Assembly: GCA_963666975.2 (NCBI GenBank)
Contig: CAXVYR010000004.1
Coordinates: 2,042,283-2,106,282 of the forward strand
Source of the DNA: Terriglobia bacterium
GTDB taxonomy: Bacteria > Acidobacteriota > Terriglobia > 2-12-FULL-54-10
Reading direction: 5' to 3'
Length of the DNA: 64,000 bases
Part shown: positions 18,396-28,369 of the stretch, piece by piece
How positions within the stretch are numbered: the first letter of the stretch is position 1
Layout of the letters: each line of letters starts with the position of its first letter
Notes under the pieces: generated by a model
Seen by the model: the letters and a program-made list of their open reading frames with translations, nothing else
The model's database searches: none
Told to the model about the DNA's origin: nothing
Made by a program: the position numbers and the translations under genes

Positions 18396-20098
18396 GCCTT
18401 CGTCCCGCTTCTTCTGTGGAGTTGCTGGAGCCGGGAAAGCTCCTGCCGGGCCGTGGTTCGCATACGGCGAAGAGGAGCCTGCCCGCCGGTCCAGTATTCA
18501 AACTGCCGCGCCGCCTGCGCCAGAAACATCTCCAGGCCCGGGATCGTGCGGCATCCGCGCGCGCGGGCAATTTTCAGCAGCCGGGTTTCGGCAGGATTGT
18601 AGACCAGATCGAACACCAGCCTTGCGTTGACCTGTTCCGGCCGCAGGAGGCAGGCTTCCGTTTCCGGCCACATCCCCACGGAGGTGGCGTGAATCAGCAG
18701 GCCAAACTGCTCTCGCCGGAGCGCTCCCATCGGGATGGCTTCGCCGCCCAAAGTTTTTGTAAATGCACGAACCCTGGCGGGACTTCTCCCTGTAACGAAG
18801 ATGTCCCGGCACCTAAGCTCCCGGAGGGCGACCCAGGCGGCGCGGGCGGCGCCTCCGTTGCCGACAATCAGGGCCCGGAAATCTCGCGGCAAATGCTCGC
18901 CGCTGCCGAGCCGCAGCGCTTTTCGCAAGGGAACCATGATGCCCTCCACATCCGTATTGATGGCTTCCCATCTGCCCCGCCGCACGCGGACGGTGTTGGC
19001 CGCACCCGCCGCCTGGACCGTCCGATCCATCCGGTCCACCCAGCGCAGAATCCCTTGCTTGTGAGGAATGGTGACGCTGAACCCGGCCAGGGGGTAGCGG
19101 TCCGCCGCGCTGCGGAAATCCTTCAGGTCGGAGGAAAGCAAAGGAACATAGACGGCGTCTACTCCGGCGGACCGGAATGCCGCGTTGTGGATGGCCGCGC
19201 CCAGCGAGTGGCCCACAGGATTTCCGAGCAGACCATAGAGAGCCGTCCGGCGGCTCAACGTTTCCGCGCGGTAACTGTTGCGCAAGACCTCCGAGTCGAC
19301 CTGTCCCGGCGCAGAGGGCGCAGAGAAGACAGCAGGTTTGTTATTCGGTTGCCGGACAAGAGCCGAACTCGGCCGTCGTGGCGGCGGGCAGGCAGCGTAG
19401 ACGAAGGCGCTTCCTCTCGAAAGCGCCAGCACGCGGCTGGGAACTCCCGCTGCTCCCATTGAAAAGGCAATCCACTGTTCTTGCTTCTCTTGTTCTCGCT
19501 GCTCTGCTCGCTTCGGGTTTCTCGTTGCGACTGAGATCAAAAAATCCAGCATGCGGCAATTGTCGGATTGGCGCGTGGCTGTAGGCGCCAGCTTGTAGAC
19601 CTCCGCCGGGAATCGGCGGAGACGGCTGGCTGCGGCAGCGAGGGCCGGCGTGCGCTGAAAATCGTGAAATGAGAGGATCAGCAACGCGCGACGATGCAAG
19701 GACTCGACCGCCACGCGCCCGGCGGCCTCTGCGGACTCAATCTCCAGGTCCAGCACTCGGCATCCGGCTGCCGCCGCCCGCCGCAAGATTTCCATCTGCT
19801 CGCTGACCGTGCCCCGGAAGCGCCCGCCGTTCTCCATCCGGCGGCAGGTAGCTTGCAACACGACAGACCTCCCCCGCTGAAGCCGGGACGCGGCTCGGAG
19901 CAGCCCGGAAATGCGCGGCAAAGCCTTCCTCGGATCGCGCAGCCAATCGAGGCGCAGCTCCACCAGAGGGCTATGCCGGAGCGCGTTGCGGGCGCAAGCG
20001 AACAGCGTCTCCGGGGTGTCCCCCGTGGCAGCGATACAGATGCGCGGCAACACGGGCATTTTCTTCGTGTTTTTTTCCTTCCCGGGTTTTTTCTTCAT
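18392..20098 (-). CDS. aroDE: Bifunctional type I 3-dehydroquinate dehydratase / shikimate 5-dehydrogenase fusion
   Basis: The N-terminal half has VELRLDWL...LSFHDF...VYKLAP (Schiff-base Lys context). The C-terminal half has LYGLLGNPVGHSLGAAIHNAAF and IVGNGGAARA (NADP site). Confidence 0.85.
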   Translation of the reverse strand: MKKKPGKEKNTKKMPVLPRICIAATGDTPETLFACARNALRHSPLVELRLDWLRDPRKALPRISGLLRAASRLQRGRSVVLQATCRRMENGGRFRGTVSEQMEILRRAAAAGCRVLDLEIESAEAAGRVAVESLHRRALLILSFHDFQRTPALAAAASRLRRFPAEVYKLAPTATRQSDNCRMLDFLISVATRNPKRAEQREQEKQEQWIAFSMGAAGVPSRVLALSRGSAFVYAACPPPRRPSSALVRQPNNKPAVFSAPSAPGQVDSEVLRNSYRAETLSRRTALYGLLGNPVGHSLGAAIHNAAFRSAGVDAVYVPLLSSDLKDFRSAADRYPLAGFSVTIPHKQGILRWVDRMDRTVQAAGAANTVRVRRGRWEAINTDVEGIMVPLRKALRLGSGEHLPRDFRALIVGNGGAARAAWVALRELRCRDIFVTGRSPARVRAFTKTLGGEAIPMGALRREQFGLLIHATSVGMWPETEACLLRPEQVNARLVFDLVYNPAETRLLKIARARGCRTIPGLEMFLAQAARQFEYWTGGQAPLRRMRTTARQELSRLQQLHRRSGTKA

Positions 20099-20360
20099 GA
20101 AGCTAAGTTTTTATGATAAAAGACAGTTGATCGGCTGTCGAGGGGCGTGCTCGGCCCTCTCCTTTTTCTCCCGCAGATGAAGATACGGCACAGGTTGGTG
20201 GCGAGTTGCTCCGCGAGGGTCCCCGCACACCGTCGAGCCACCGGCCGGAGGAAACTGTTCAGGCCGCAAGCCTACACTTCCAGGATACGCTCCTTGGACC
20301 TGTACCCGCTCCCGCAGATGTGATAGTTTTGAAGATATCTTAAATTTGTGTGGGTGGACG

Positions 20361-21179
20361 ATGGCCTGGCGGTCTGGTTCCCATCTCTATCTGTTGGCAA
20401 GCCTTCCCGTGATTGCGGTTCTCCTGGCGTGGGCCGGGTTTGCCCTGCAACTGGATTCGGCTGACCTGACCATTCCCGGGGAAAAAAAACATGCCGAATT
20501 CAGGGACAAACCTCCGGGGGAGTTCGAATACGTATTTACCCGGCTGGCTCACTACTCGCCGCGGGCGAGAAGCTCCAGGGGGCACACCTGGAACACCGAC
20601 TATCCCAAGGCGGACCGGCAATTTTTGCAGGGGGTTTTGCGTTTAACCCATATCGAAGCACGCGAGCAGGAACAGGTGTTGCGGCCGATGGATCCGAATC
20701 TGTTCGCTTTCCCTTTCCTGTACGCCGTGGAAGTAGGATACTGGCGTTTTACCGACGAAGAAGCCGCGCGGTTGCGAGAGTATTTGCTCCGGGGAGGGTT
20801 TCTCATAGTGGACGACTTCCACGGCTCCCGGGAGTGGGCTAGCTTCCTCCGGGAAATGCAAAAGGTGTTTCCGGATCGTCCCATCCGCGAGGTGGAGCTT
20901 TCCGACCCGATTTTCCATTGCTTTTTTGATATTGAGGAAAAGATCCAAATCCCCGGCCTGCAATATCTTTACAGCGGGCGCACCTATGAGCAGGACGGCG
21001 TCACGCCCCATTACCGGGCCATCTATGACGACAACGACCGCATCATGGTGATGATCAATTTTAACGTGGACCTGGGAGACGCCTGGGAATGGGCCGACCA
21101 TCCGCAGTATCCGGAGTATTACACCTCTTTGGCGTACCGGCTGGGCATCAACTACATCGTTTATTCCATGACCCACTAA
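20361..21179 (+). CDS. DUF4159 domain-containing protein
   Basis: YPKADRQFLQGVLRLT...FPFLYAVEVGYWRFTDEEAARLREYLLRGGFLIVDDFHG...DPIFHCFFDI. N-terminal TM helix. Confidence 0.75.
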   Translation: MAWRSGSHLYLLASLPVIAVLLAWAGFALQLDSADLTIPGEKKHAEFRDKPPGEFEYVFTRLAHYSPRARSSRGHTWNTDYPKADRQFLQGVLRLTHIEAREQEQVLRPMDPNLFAFPFLYAVEVGYWRFTDEEAARLREYLLRGGFLIVDDFHGSREWASFLREMQKVFPDRPIREVELSDPIFHCFFDIEEKIQIPGLQYLYSGRTYEQDGVTPHYRAIYDDNDRIMVMINFNVDLGDAWEWADHPQYPEYYTSLAYRLGINYIVYSMTH

Positions 21180-21222
21180 GGGGAAGGGCTCCCGGAGCTG
21201 TGCCGAACCGGGTTGGAATTTC

Positions 21223-23484
21223 ATGGGCGAAGCAATATTTCGATTTCTTTTCAAGTATCCACCGATTGCCTTCTCGCAGGGCCGTCTCGCCCTGGCTTCT
21301 TCGTGGCCGGTCTGGGTGCTGCTGGCGGCAATCATCCTGGCGGCGGTGTTGCTGGGCCTTTACCTGCGGCGGCTGCGGTCGGCTTTGCCTGCCGGGGCGC
21401 GCGTGCTGGTCTGGGGCTTGCAATCGGTTGCGCTGGCGATTCTCCTGGTGCTGCTGTGGAGCCCCTCTCTGATCCTTTCTACGCTTGTGCCCCAGCAAAA
21501 TGTGCTGGCCGTGCTTGTCGATGATTCGGCCAGCATGGCAATGGACGACCAGGGCAGCCCCCGCGTGGATCAGGTCAAAGAAATTCTGGCAGACTCGGGT
21601 CCTTTGCTGGGGCAGCTCCGGGAGAAATTCCAAGTCCGCTTGTACCGTTTTGACAAGGAAGCGGTGCGGATCGACTCCGTGTCCGAGCTGACTGCTTCCG
21701 GCGCTTCCTCCCATCTGCAAGACTCCCTGGCCCAGGCTTACTCTGAACTGCGCCACCTTCCTTTGGCCGGAGTGGTCATCGTCAGCGACGGCGCGGAGAA
21801 CGGCCCGGCGGCTCCCCGGGAATTGATGGAGGAATGGAAGGCGCGGAAGATTCCCGTGTACGCTCTGGGCGTGGGAGAAGAAGAGTTCGACCGCGACTTG
21901 CAGATCGACGAGGTCTCGACACCGCGCACTGCGCTGCCCGGCACTGTTGTTTCGTTCGGCGTGACGGTGCGGCAGCAGGGCTACGTGGGGGAGAGCGCCC
22001 GGCTGGAAATCCGGGATGGAGCGGAAGTGCTGAAATCCCGCGAAATCCACTTCGGCCGCTCACCCGTAGAGACGGTGCAAATGAGTTTCGCCCCCAAATC
22101 GGAGGGCATTCCGGAGTACACAGTCTCCATCGAGCCGCTCGCCGGGGAGGCTGTGGAAGAAAACAACACTCAATCCCGCGTGGTGGAAGTCCAGGACCGC
22201 ACCGCCAAAGTTCTCTACATCGAGGGGGAACCCCGGTGGGAGTTCAAATTCATCCGCCGCGCCATGGAAGAAGACCGCAACCTCCGGCTGGTTAGCTTGC
22301 TGAGGACTTCGCAGAACAAATTCTACCGGCAGGGGATCGAGAACGAAGAGGAGCTGGTGGAAGGCTTCCCCGGCCGGGAAGAGCTGTTCCAGTACGACGG
22401 GCTGATTTTGGGCAGCATCGGGGTTGCTTTCTTCTCGCCCGAGCAGCAGGAAGATATCTACGCCTTTGTCAGCCAAAGAGGCGGCGGATTGCTCTTCCTG
22501 GGCGGGCGTTACGCGCTCGGGGACGGCGGCTACCAAAGCTCCACTCTCGCGGACTTGCTCCCGGTTCAGTTGGACCAGGGGGCCGTCTCGCCGACCTTCC
22601 AGCGGACCCCGGTTCGATTCCAACTGACGCCGAGAGGCTGGGACCGGTTGCAACTCTCCGAAGACGAGGCAGCAAACCGCGAGAGCTGGGAAAACCTGCC
22701 TCTTTTGGGAAATTACCAGGTTACGGGAGAGCCCAAGCCAGGCGCCGTGGTTCTGGCCGAGGTGGTGGCCCCCGACGGGAAGCGGCACACGCTGCTGGCC
22801 TCGCAGCGGTTTGGCCGGGGCCGAACTTTGATGTTTTCCACCGATGGGTCCTGGCGGTGGCAGATGGAGCTCGACCACACCAACAGTTCCCACAAGACCT
22901 TCTGGCAGCAGATTCTGCACTCCCTGGTCAGCGACACGCCTCCGCCGGTCAGCATCTCAACCGACAAGGCGCTGTATTTGGACGACCAGCACGTCCGGAT
23001 ACAGGCCGAGATTTACGATGAAAACTTTCAGCCGGTGAATGCCGCTTCGACCATTGCTACTATTTCCTCGCCGGATGGGTCTACCGTGGAACTGCCTTTG
23101 CAGTTGTCGGTGGAGGAGGACGGCGTTTTTCGGGGAGAATGGGAGGCCTCTGCTCCCGGCGTCTACCGTGTGGATGTGGTGGCGCGGGCAGGAGAAAAGG
23201 AAATCGGCAGGAACAGTGCGTACTTTCAGCGGGCGGACGGGTCGCTGGAGTATTTCTCCGCCGAACAGAATGTCTCCTTGCTGACTCGGCTGGCAGAGGA
23301 AACCGGAGGGGGATACTATCCGTTGGAGGAAGCCGGGCGCTTGCCGGAACAGTTGACCTATTCCCCGGCGGGCATCACGGTTCCCGAGGTGCGAGACCTT
23401 TGGGACATGCCGTTTTGGATTTTGCTGTTGTTCCTGCTGAAGGGAACGGAATGGATTTTAAGAAAACGGTGGCGGTCGATTTGA
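21223..23484 (+). CDS. Membrane protein with vWA-like domain and class-I glutamine-amidotransferase-like domain (BatB-like)
   Basis: Two N-terminal TM helices. MIDAS-like VLVDDSASM...VVIVSDGAENG. KVLYIEGEPRWEFKF...YDGLILGS...GGGLLFLGG. C-terminal TM helix. Confidence 0.7.
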   Translation: MGEAIFRFLFKYPPIAFSQGRLALASSWPVWVLLAAIILAAVLLGLYLRRLRSALPAGARVLVWGLQSVALAILLVLLWSPSLILSTLVPQQNVLAVLVDDSASMAMDDQGSPRVDQVKEILADSGPLLGQLREKFQVRLYRFDKEAVRIDSVSELTASGASSHLQDSLAQAYSELRHLPLAGVVIVSDGAENGPAAPRELMEEWKARKIPVYALGVGEEEFDRDLQIDEVSTPRTALPGTVVSFGVTVRQQGYVGESARLEIRDGAEVLKSREIHFGRSPVETVQMSFAPKSEGIPEYTVSIEPLAGEAVEENNTQSRVVEVQDRTAKVLYIEGEPRWEFKFIRRAMEEDRNLRLVSLLRTSQNKFYRQGIENEEELVEGFPGREELFQYDGLILGSIGVAFFSPEQQEDIYAFVSQRGGGLLFLGGRYALGDGGYQSSTLADLLPVQLDQGAVSPTFQRTPVRFQLTPRGWDRLQLSEDEAANRESWENLPLLGNYQVTGEPKPGAVVLAEVVAPDGKRHTLLASQRFGRGRTLMFSTDGSWRWQMELDHTNSSHKTFWQQILHSLVSDTPPPVSISTDKALYLDDQHVRIQAEIYDENFQPVNAASTIATISSPDGSTVELPLQLSVEEDGVFRGEWEASAPGVYRVDVVARAGEKEIGRNSAYFQRADGSLEYFSAEQNVSLLTRLAEETGGGYYPLEEAGRLPEQLTYSPAGITVPEVRDLWDMPFWILLLFLLKGTEWILRKRWRSI

Positions 23485-24596
23485 TGCGAACTAATTTGTT
23501 GCCAACTGGGCGGATGGGTTCAAAAGCAATGCAGCATCGTCGCCCGGCGGCTCGGTTCCGTTCTGTGTGCATGGCTCTGGCGTGGGCGCTCTGCATCCCG
23601 AATTTTATGAGCTTTGCCGCTGCCGCACAGGCTCCGGAAAACGGAATCTACGCCGTGGTCATCTCCGGGCTGGGAGGGGAGCCGGCCTACGGAAAGCTCA
23701 TCGACCAATGGGGCAAAGACCTCTCTTCCGTGCTGCGGAAACACGCAGTCTCCGGGGATCGCGTCTTCTGGCTGGCCGCGAACAAAGAGATGGAGGGAAT
23801 CTACGCCGAATCCCGCCGCGAGGAGATCGTCAAACTCATGGAAGAGCTGGCTGCGCGCCTCACCGCCGAGGACACCTTGGAACTGTTCCTGATCGGCCAC
23901 GGCAGCTATGATGAGTATGACTACCGCTTGAACCTCCCCGGTCCGGACCTCACCGCTTCACAGTTGAGCGACCTGCTGGGAGGCATCCGGGCGGGCAGGC
24001 AGGTGGTGGTGAACATGACGAGTTCGAGCGGCGCAAGCCTGGCTTCCCTGCAGCGCAAAGGTCGCGTGGTGATCACCGCAACCAGCACCGGGAGAGAACG
24101 GAATTTTTCCGTATTCGCCCGCTATTTTACCGAGGCGCTCAATGATCCTGCCGCCGACACGAACAAGAACCGGGAGCTTTCGGTTCTGGAAGCCTTCCAG
24201 TATGCCAGCCGGGAGGTGGCCCGCTACTACAAGGAATTGACGCGGCTGGCCACCGAACACGCGCTGCTGGAGGATCAAGGGGACGGGGAAGGCGCGCGAG
24301 AGGCGACGCCGGAAAACGGGCAGGGATTACTGGCTTCCTCCCTCCCGCTGGTGAACCTGGGGGGACGCACCGCCGCGGATGACGATCCGCAAGCGCGCGC
24401 CCTCAGAACCCAAAAGCGCAAGATCGAAGAGGCCATCGAACAGTTGAAGTACCGCAAGGCTTCTTTTACCTCGGAACAATACTTTGAACGCCTGGAAAAG
24501 TTATTGATCGACCTGGCCGAAGCGGAACAGAACCTGGAAAACTTGGTGCAAGACAATGCAGGGGAAAACGAAAACCGGAATGGCCCGAACCTGTAG
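23484..24596 (+). CDS. Secreted clan-CD (legumain/C13-like) fold protein with Ser at the catalytic-Cys position
   Basis: The start overlaps the previous stop (TGATG). Signal peptide. LELFLIGH139GS aligns to the legumain His-Gly. QVVVNMTS180SSGAS aligns to the ...IEAC-ESGS strand. The tail is coiled-coil. Confidence 0.55.
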   Translation: MRTNLLPTGRMGSKAMQHRRPAARFRSVCMALAWALCIPNFMSFAAAAQAPENGIYAVVISGLGGEPAYGKLIDQWGKDLSSVLRKHAVSGDRVFWLAANKEMEGIYAESRREEIVKLMEELAARLTAEDTLELFLIGHGSYDEYDYRLNLPGPDLTASQLSDLLGGIRAGRQVVVNMTSSSGASLASLQRKGRVVITATSTGRERNFSVFARYFTEALNDPAADTNKNRELSVLEAFQYASREVARYYKELTRLATEHALLEDQGDGEGAREATPENGQGLLASSLPLVNLGGRTAADDDPQARALRTQKRKIEEAIEQLKYRKASFTSEQYFERLEKLLIDLAEAEQNLENLVQDNAGENENRNGPNL

Positions 24597-27282
24597 CAGG
24601 AATAAAAACACTGCGCTCTGCCGGCTCCGAATCCGAACCGGGCAGACGGCGGCGGCTCTTGTCTGTCTGCTGGCGTTGCAAGCGCCGTTGCGGGCAGCGC
24701 TCGACGCCGAGAAGACTCTGCTTGCCAAGGGCCAGTATGAGGAAGCAATCACCCGGTTGGAAGCGGCGGTCTCCCGCGAACCGGACAATTCCGAGGCGGC
24801 GGCGCTGCTGCTGGAAGCGCGTCTGGAGACAGGCGAGTATAGCCGTGCGCTCGAACAGGGAGAGGCGTTCCTGAAGCGCCGGGAAGCAACGGACATCGCC
24901 GAAAAGGCTGCCGAAGCCGCGCTGCGGATTGGAGAGTACGAGCGGGCTGCGGATTTGCTGCGGACGCTCTCCACGCCCCAGGCGTATTGGCTGCGCGGAC
25001 TCCTGGCCGACAGAAAAGGCCTGCGGGAGACTGCGCTCGACGCCTGGGAACGCCTTGCCGCCATGGCGCCCGACCCTGCCATTTTCTCCGGCGCGGAGTT
25101 GGGCGCCATCGCCGCCGCTCTGGCTGAGCTCGGCCAGTTTAAGGAGGCGAACCAGGTTTACCGCGAGGCCGTGCGTATAGCGCCCGATCATGCCGGATTA
25201 AAAGTCGCCTGGGGCAATCTGTTCCTCCAAAAACACAATCCGGGAGAAGCCGGGGGGCTGTATGAAGAGGCCCTGGCGAGCAACGCCAATCATCCCGGCG
25301 CACTGGCGGGAATGGCGAAACGTTCCGCGGGCCGCCAGGAAAGCAAGGCGCAGGAGATGCTGGAGCGCGCCTTGCAGGTGAATCCGAATTTCGCCGAAGC
25401 ACGGCTGCTGCTGGCCCGGATGCACCTGGAGCGGGAAGAGTACGGCATCGCCGGCGAGGAATTGGAAAAAACCTTGCGGGTGAACCCGCTTTCGCTCGAG
25501 GCGCGGTCCCTGCTCGCGGTCTCCGCGTATCTCCAAGGCAACTCTGCGACTGTGGAACGGGAATCCATTCCCCGTATTCTCTCCGAGAACCCCGCCTACG
25601 GGCAGGTTTTCGCCGACCTGGGTGATTTCCTCCTGTTGCAGCGCCAGTTTGCCACGGCCGTCGATTTTTACCGCCGCGCCTTGGAGATCGACCCGGACCT
25701 GTCGTCGGCGCGGGCAAGCCTGGGGATCAATCTGTTCCGTCTGGGAAAAGAGCAAGATGCTCGAAACGTTCTGGAAGAGTCGTACCGGCGGGACCCCTAC
25801 AACGTTTGGACCGTCAACACGCTGCGCCTGATGGACAGCTTCGTCCGCTTTGACGTTTTTGAGACCGAGCATTTCGCCGTCAAGCTCCATAACAAAGAAT
25901 CGGCGCTCCTCCGTCCCTATGTGGAGGATCTGCTGGAAGAAACGCTGGAGGATTTATCCTCGCGGTACGGTTACAAGCCGGACCAGAAGGTCGTCTTTGA
26001 GATGTATCCCGACCACGAAGACTTCGCCGTCCGAACCCTGGGCCTGCCCGGCCTGGGCGCTCTGGGGGCTTCCTTCGGGCCCGTGGTCGCCATGGACAGC
26101 CCTTCGGCACGGCCCGCGGGGACCTTTCACTGGGGGAGCACGCTCTGGCACGAGATGGCTCACGTCATCACGCTCGGCCTCACCTCCAACCGCGTCCCGC
26201 GATGGTTCACCGAAGGGCTTTCGGTTTACGAAGAGAATCAGGCGCGCCCCGGCTGGGGCGATCCCATGAATCCGGCGACTGCCCAGGCGCTGCAACAAAA
26301 CAAGCTGATGCCGATGGAGGAACTCAACGGCGCTTTCATCCGCCCCCAGTACCCGGGACAGGTGCAATTCGCTTATTTCCAGGCGGGGATGATCTGCGAG
26401 TACATCGTTGCAACATACGGTTTCCCCAAGATTCTAGAGATGCTGCACTCCTACGGCGAAGGGAAAAAGGATGCGGCGATCATTGGCGAGGTGCTGGGAA
26501 CAACCCTGGCCGAGTTTGACGCGGATTTTCTCGCCTATGCCAGCGAGCGCACTTTCGGACTGGCGCAGGCCTTTCAGCTGCAAACGGCTCACCCGGATCG
26601 AATACCGGGTCACGCGCCCGGGCAAATGCCGGGCCAAACACCGGACCCATCACCGAACCAATCCGTGGATCAAGTAGTGGATCAGCTTCTCGAAGAAGTG
26701 GAACGAAATCCGGACAACTTCTTCACCAGGCTGCAACTGGCGGCAGCTTTGAAGAATGGGTCGAAGCTCGAAGAAGCCGCCCTCCATGCGGAGGCGGCCA
26801 AAGAACTGTTTCCTCTTTTTGTCGACCCAGGGAATCCCTACCAGCTTCTGGCGGAGATTTACACGGAGCTGGGACAGAAGGAAAAGGCCGCTACCGAACT
26901 GCTGGGTTGGAAAGAAAACAGAGGCCGGAACACGGAAGTGTTAAAGGAGCTGGCCGCGCTTTTGAAAGAGCTGGGCCGCACTGCCGAGGCGATCCAAACT
27001 CTCGAAGAAGCGCTCTATATATCGCTGTCGGACGTAGAAATTCACGACCGGCTGGGAGAGTGGCATCTGGAGACGGCGAATCCTGAATCGGCCGTGAAAG
27101 AATACCGGGCGGTCCTGGAGCTGGAGCCGGTGGACAAGGCGGGGGCGCATTATCGCCTCGCCAAGGCCTACTGGACGGTGCGGGACAGCCGGAACGCCCG
27201 GCAGGAGGTGTTGGCAGCGCTCGAAATCGCGCCCGGTTATCGCGAGGCACAGAAACTTCTTTTGGAAGTGGTTGGCAAATAG
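24556..27282 (+). CDS. TPR-repeat protein with embedded peptidase-MA-like HExxH domain
   Basis: 908 aa. HEMAH at nt 26149-26163, followed by PRWFTEGLSVYEE (gluzincin-like). TPR arrays flank it on both sides. Alternative start at 24580; either start overlaps the upstream gene. Confidence 0.7.
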   Translation: MQGKTKTGMARTCSRNKNTALCRLRIRTGQTAAALVCLLALQAPLRAALDAEKTLLAKGQYEEAITRLEAAVSREPDNSEAAALLLEARLETGEYSRALEQGEAFLKRREATDIAEKAAEAALRIGEYERAADLLRTLSTPQAYWLRGLLADRKGLRETALDAWERLAAMAPDPAIFSGAELGAIAAALAELGQFKEANQVYREAVRIAPDHAGLKVAWGNLFLQKHNPGEAGGLYEEALASNANHPGALAGMAKRSAGRQESKAQEMLERALQVNPNFAEARLLLARMHLEREEYGIAGEELEKTLRVNPLSLEARSLLAVSAYLQGNSATVERESIPRILSENPAYGQVFADLGDFLLLQRQFATAVDFYRRALEIDPDLSSARASLGINLFRLGKEQDARNVLEESYRRDPYNVWTVNTLRLMDSFVRFDVFETEHFAVKLHNKESALLRPYVEDLLEETLEDLSSRYGYKPDQKVVFEMYPDHEDFAVRTLGLPGLGALGASFGPVVAMDSPSARPAGTFHWGSTLWHEMAHVITLGLTSNRVPRWFTEGLSVYEENQARPGWGDPMNPATAQALQQNKLMPMEELNGAFIRPQYPGQVQFAYFQAGMICEYIVATYGFPKILEMLHSYGEGKKDAAIIGEVLGTTLAEFDADFLAYASERTFGLAQAFQLQTAHPDRIPGHAPGQMPGQTPDPSPNQSVDQVVDQLLEEVERNPDNFFTRLQLAAALKNGSKLEEAALHAEAAKELFPLFVDPGNPYQLLAEIYTELGQKEKAATELLGWKENRGRNTEVLKELAALLKELGRTAEAIQTLEEALYISLSDVEIHDRLGEWHLETANPESAVKEYRAVLELEPVDKAGAHYRLAKAYWTVRDSRNARQEVLAALEIAPGYREAQKLLLEVVGK

Positions 27283-27309
27283 AAAATTCAAAACAAGGAC
27301 ACCCCAAGC

Positions 27310-28341
27310 ATGTCGCTGCAATCCATACCGAAAATCGAAGAAGACAACATTCGCGAACATCTGCAAAAGCTCCAGGTATATCGGGACTCGATCCTCCGCC
27401 AAGTCCGCCGCACAATCATCGGTCAGGATGAGGTGGTCAACCAGGTATTGATCGTGCTGCTGGTGGGAGGCCACACCTTGATTACGGGCCTGCCGGGACT
27501 GGCCAAGACGCTGCTGGTCAAAACGGTTGCGCGCGCCCTGGGTTTGAGCTTCCACAGAATCCAGTTTACGCCGGACCTGATGCCCGCCGACATTACCGGC
27601 ACCGACATTATCGAGGAAGACAAGAGCACCGGCCACCGGGCTTGGACCTTTGTGCCCGGACCGATCTTCGCCCAAGTAATTCTGGCCGACGAGATCAACC
27701 GCACGCCGCCGAAAACCCAGGCGGCGCTGCTCGAGGCGATGCAGGAGGGGAACGTCACGGTTTTGGGCAAGACCTACCCGCTGGAGCCGCCCTTCTTCGT
27801 GCTGGCCACCCAGAACCCCATTGAACTGGAGGGAACCTATCCGCTGCCGGAAGCGCAACTCGACCGCTTTATGTTCAACATCATTATTGATTACATGAAC
27901 GAGGAGGAAGAACTGCAAGTGGTCAACGCCACAACTTCCACCGAGACGGCCTCGGTGGAAGCCGTCACCAGCGCCACCGAAGTCTTGCTGTTCCAGCAAC
28001 TGATCCGCAAGGTTCCCATTGCGGAGAGTGTGAGCCGCTACGCGGTGCAACTGGCGCGGGCCACCCGTCCCGGAAACGCGGCTGCGCCCGACTTCATCAA
28101 GCAATATGTCAACTATGGCGTCAGCGTCCGTGCCGCGCAGTATCTGGTTCTGGCGGGGAAAGCGCGCGCGCTGCTGGAAGGCCGTTACAACGTCTCCTGC
28201 AAGGACATTCAGCGGCTGGCCTTCCCCATCATGCGCCATCGTATCCTGACTAATTTTCATGCCGAGTCGGACGGCATCAACTCAGAGGAGATTATTCGCC
28301 GCTTGATCGAGAGCGTACCGCAACCTCAGTCGGGGTTATGA
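27310..28341 (+). CDS. MoxR-family AAA+ ATPase
   Basis: Walker A GLPGLAKT and Walker B ILADEINRTPPKTQAALLEAMQE; 343 aa. Confidence 0.9.
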   Translation: MSLQSIPKIEEDNIREHLQKLQVYRDSILRQVRRTIIGQDEVVNQVLIVLLVGGHTLITGLPGLAKTLLVKTVARALGLSFHRIQFTPDLMPADITGTDIIEEDKSTGHRAWTFVPGPIFAQVILADEINRTPPKTQAALLEAMQEGNVTVLGKTYPLEPPFFVLATQNPIELEGTYPLPEAQLDRFMFNIIIDYMNEEEELQVVNATTSTETASVEAVTSATEVLLFQQLIRKVPIAESVSRYAVQLARATRPGNAAAPDFIKQYVNYGVSVRAAQYLVLAGKARALLEGRYNVSCKDIQRLAFPIMRHRILTNFHAESDGINSEEIIRRLIESVPQPQSGL

Positions 28342-28369
28342 CGGCGGCCCGTTCCACTCGGAATTCATT

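Noticed and set aside
23139-23483. An N-terminal 115-aa extension of the C13-like gene, from the listed ORF start at 23139.
   Set aside because: The extension overlaps the well-supported 3' end of the 753-aa gene in another frame and is Gly/Arg-rich. ATG 23484, overlapping the upstream stop and followed by a signal peptide, is the credible start.
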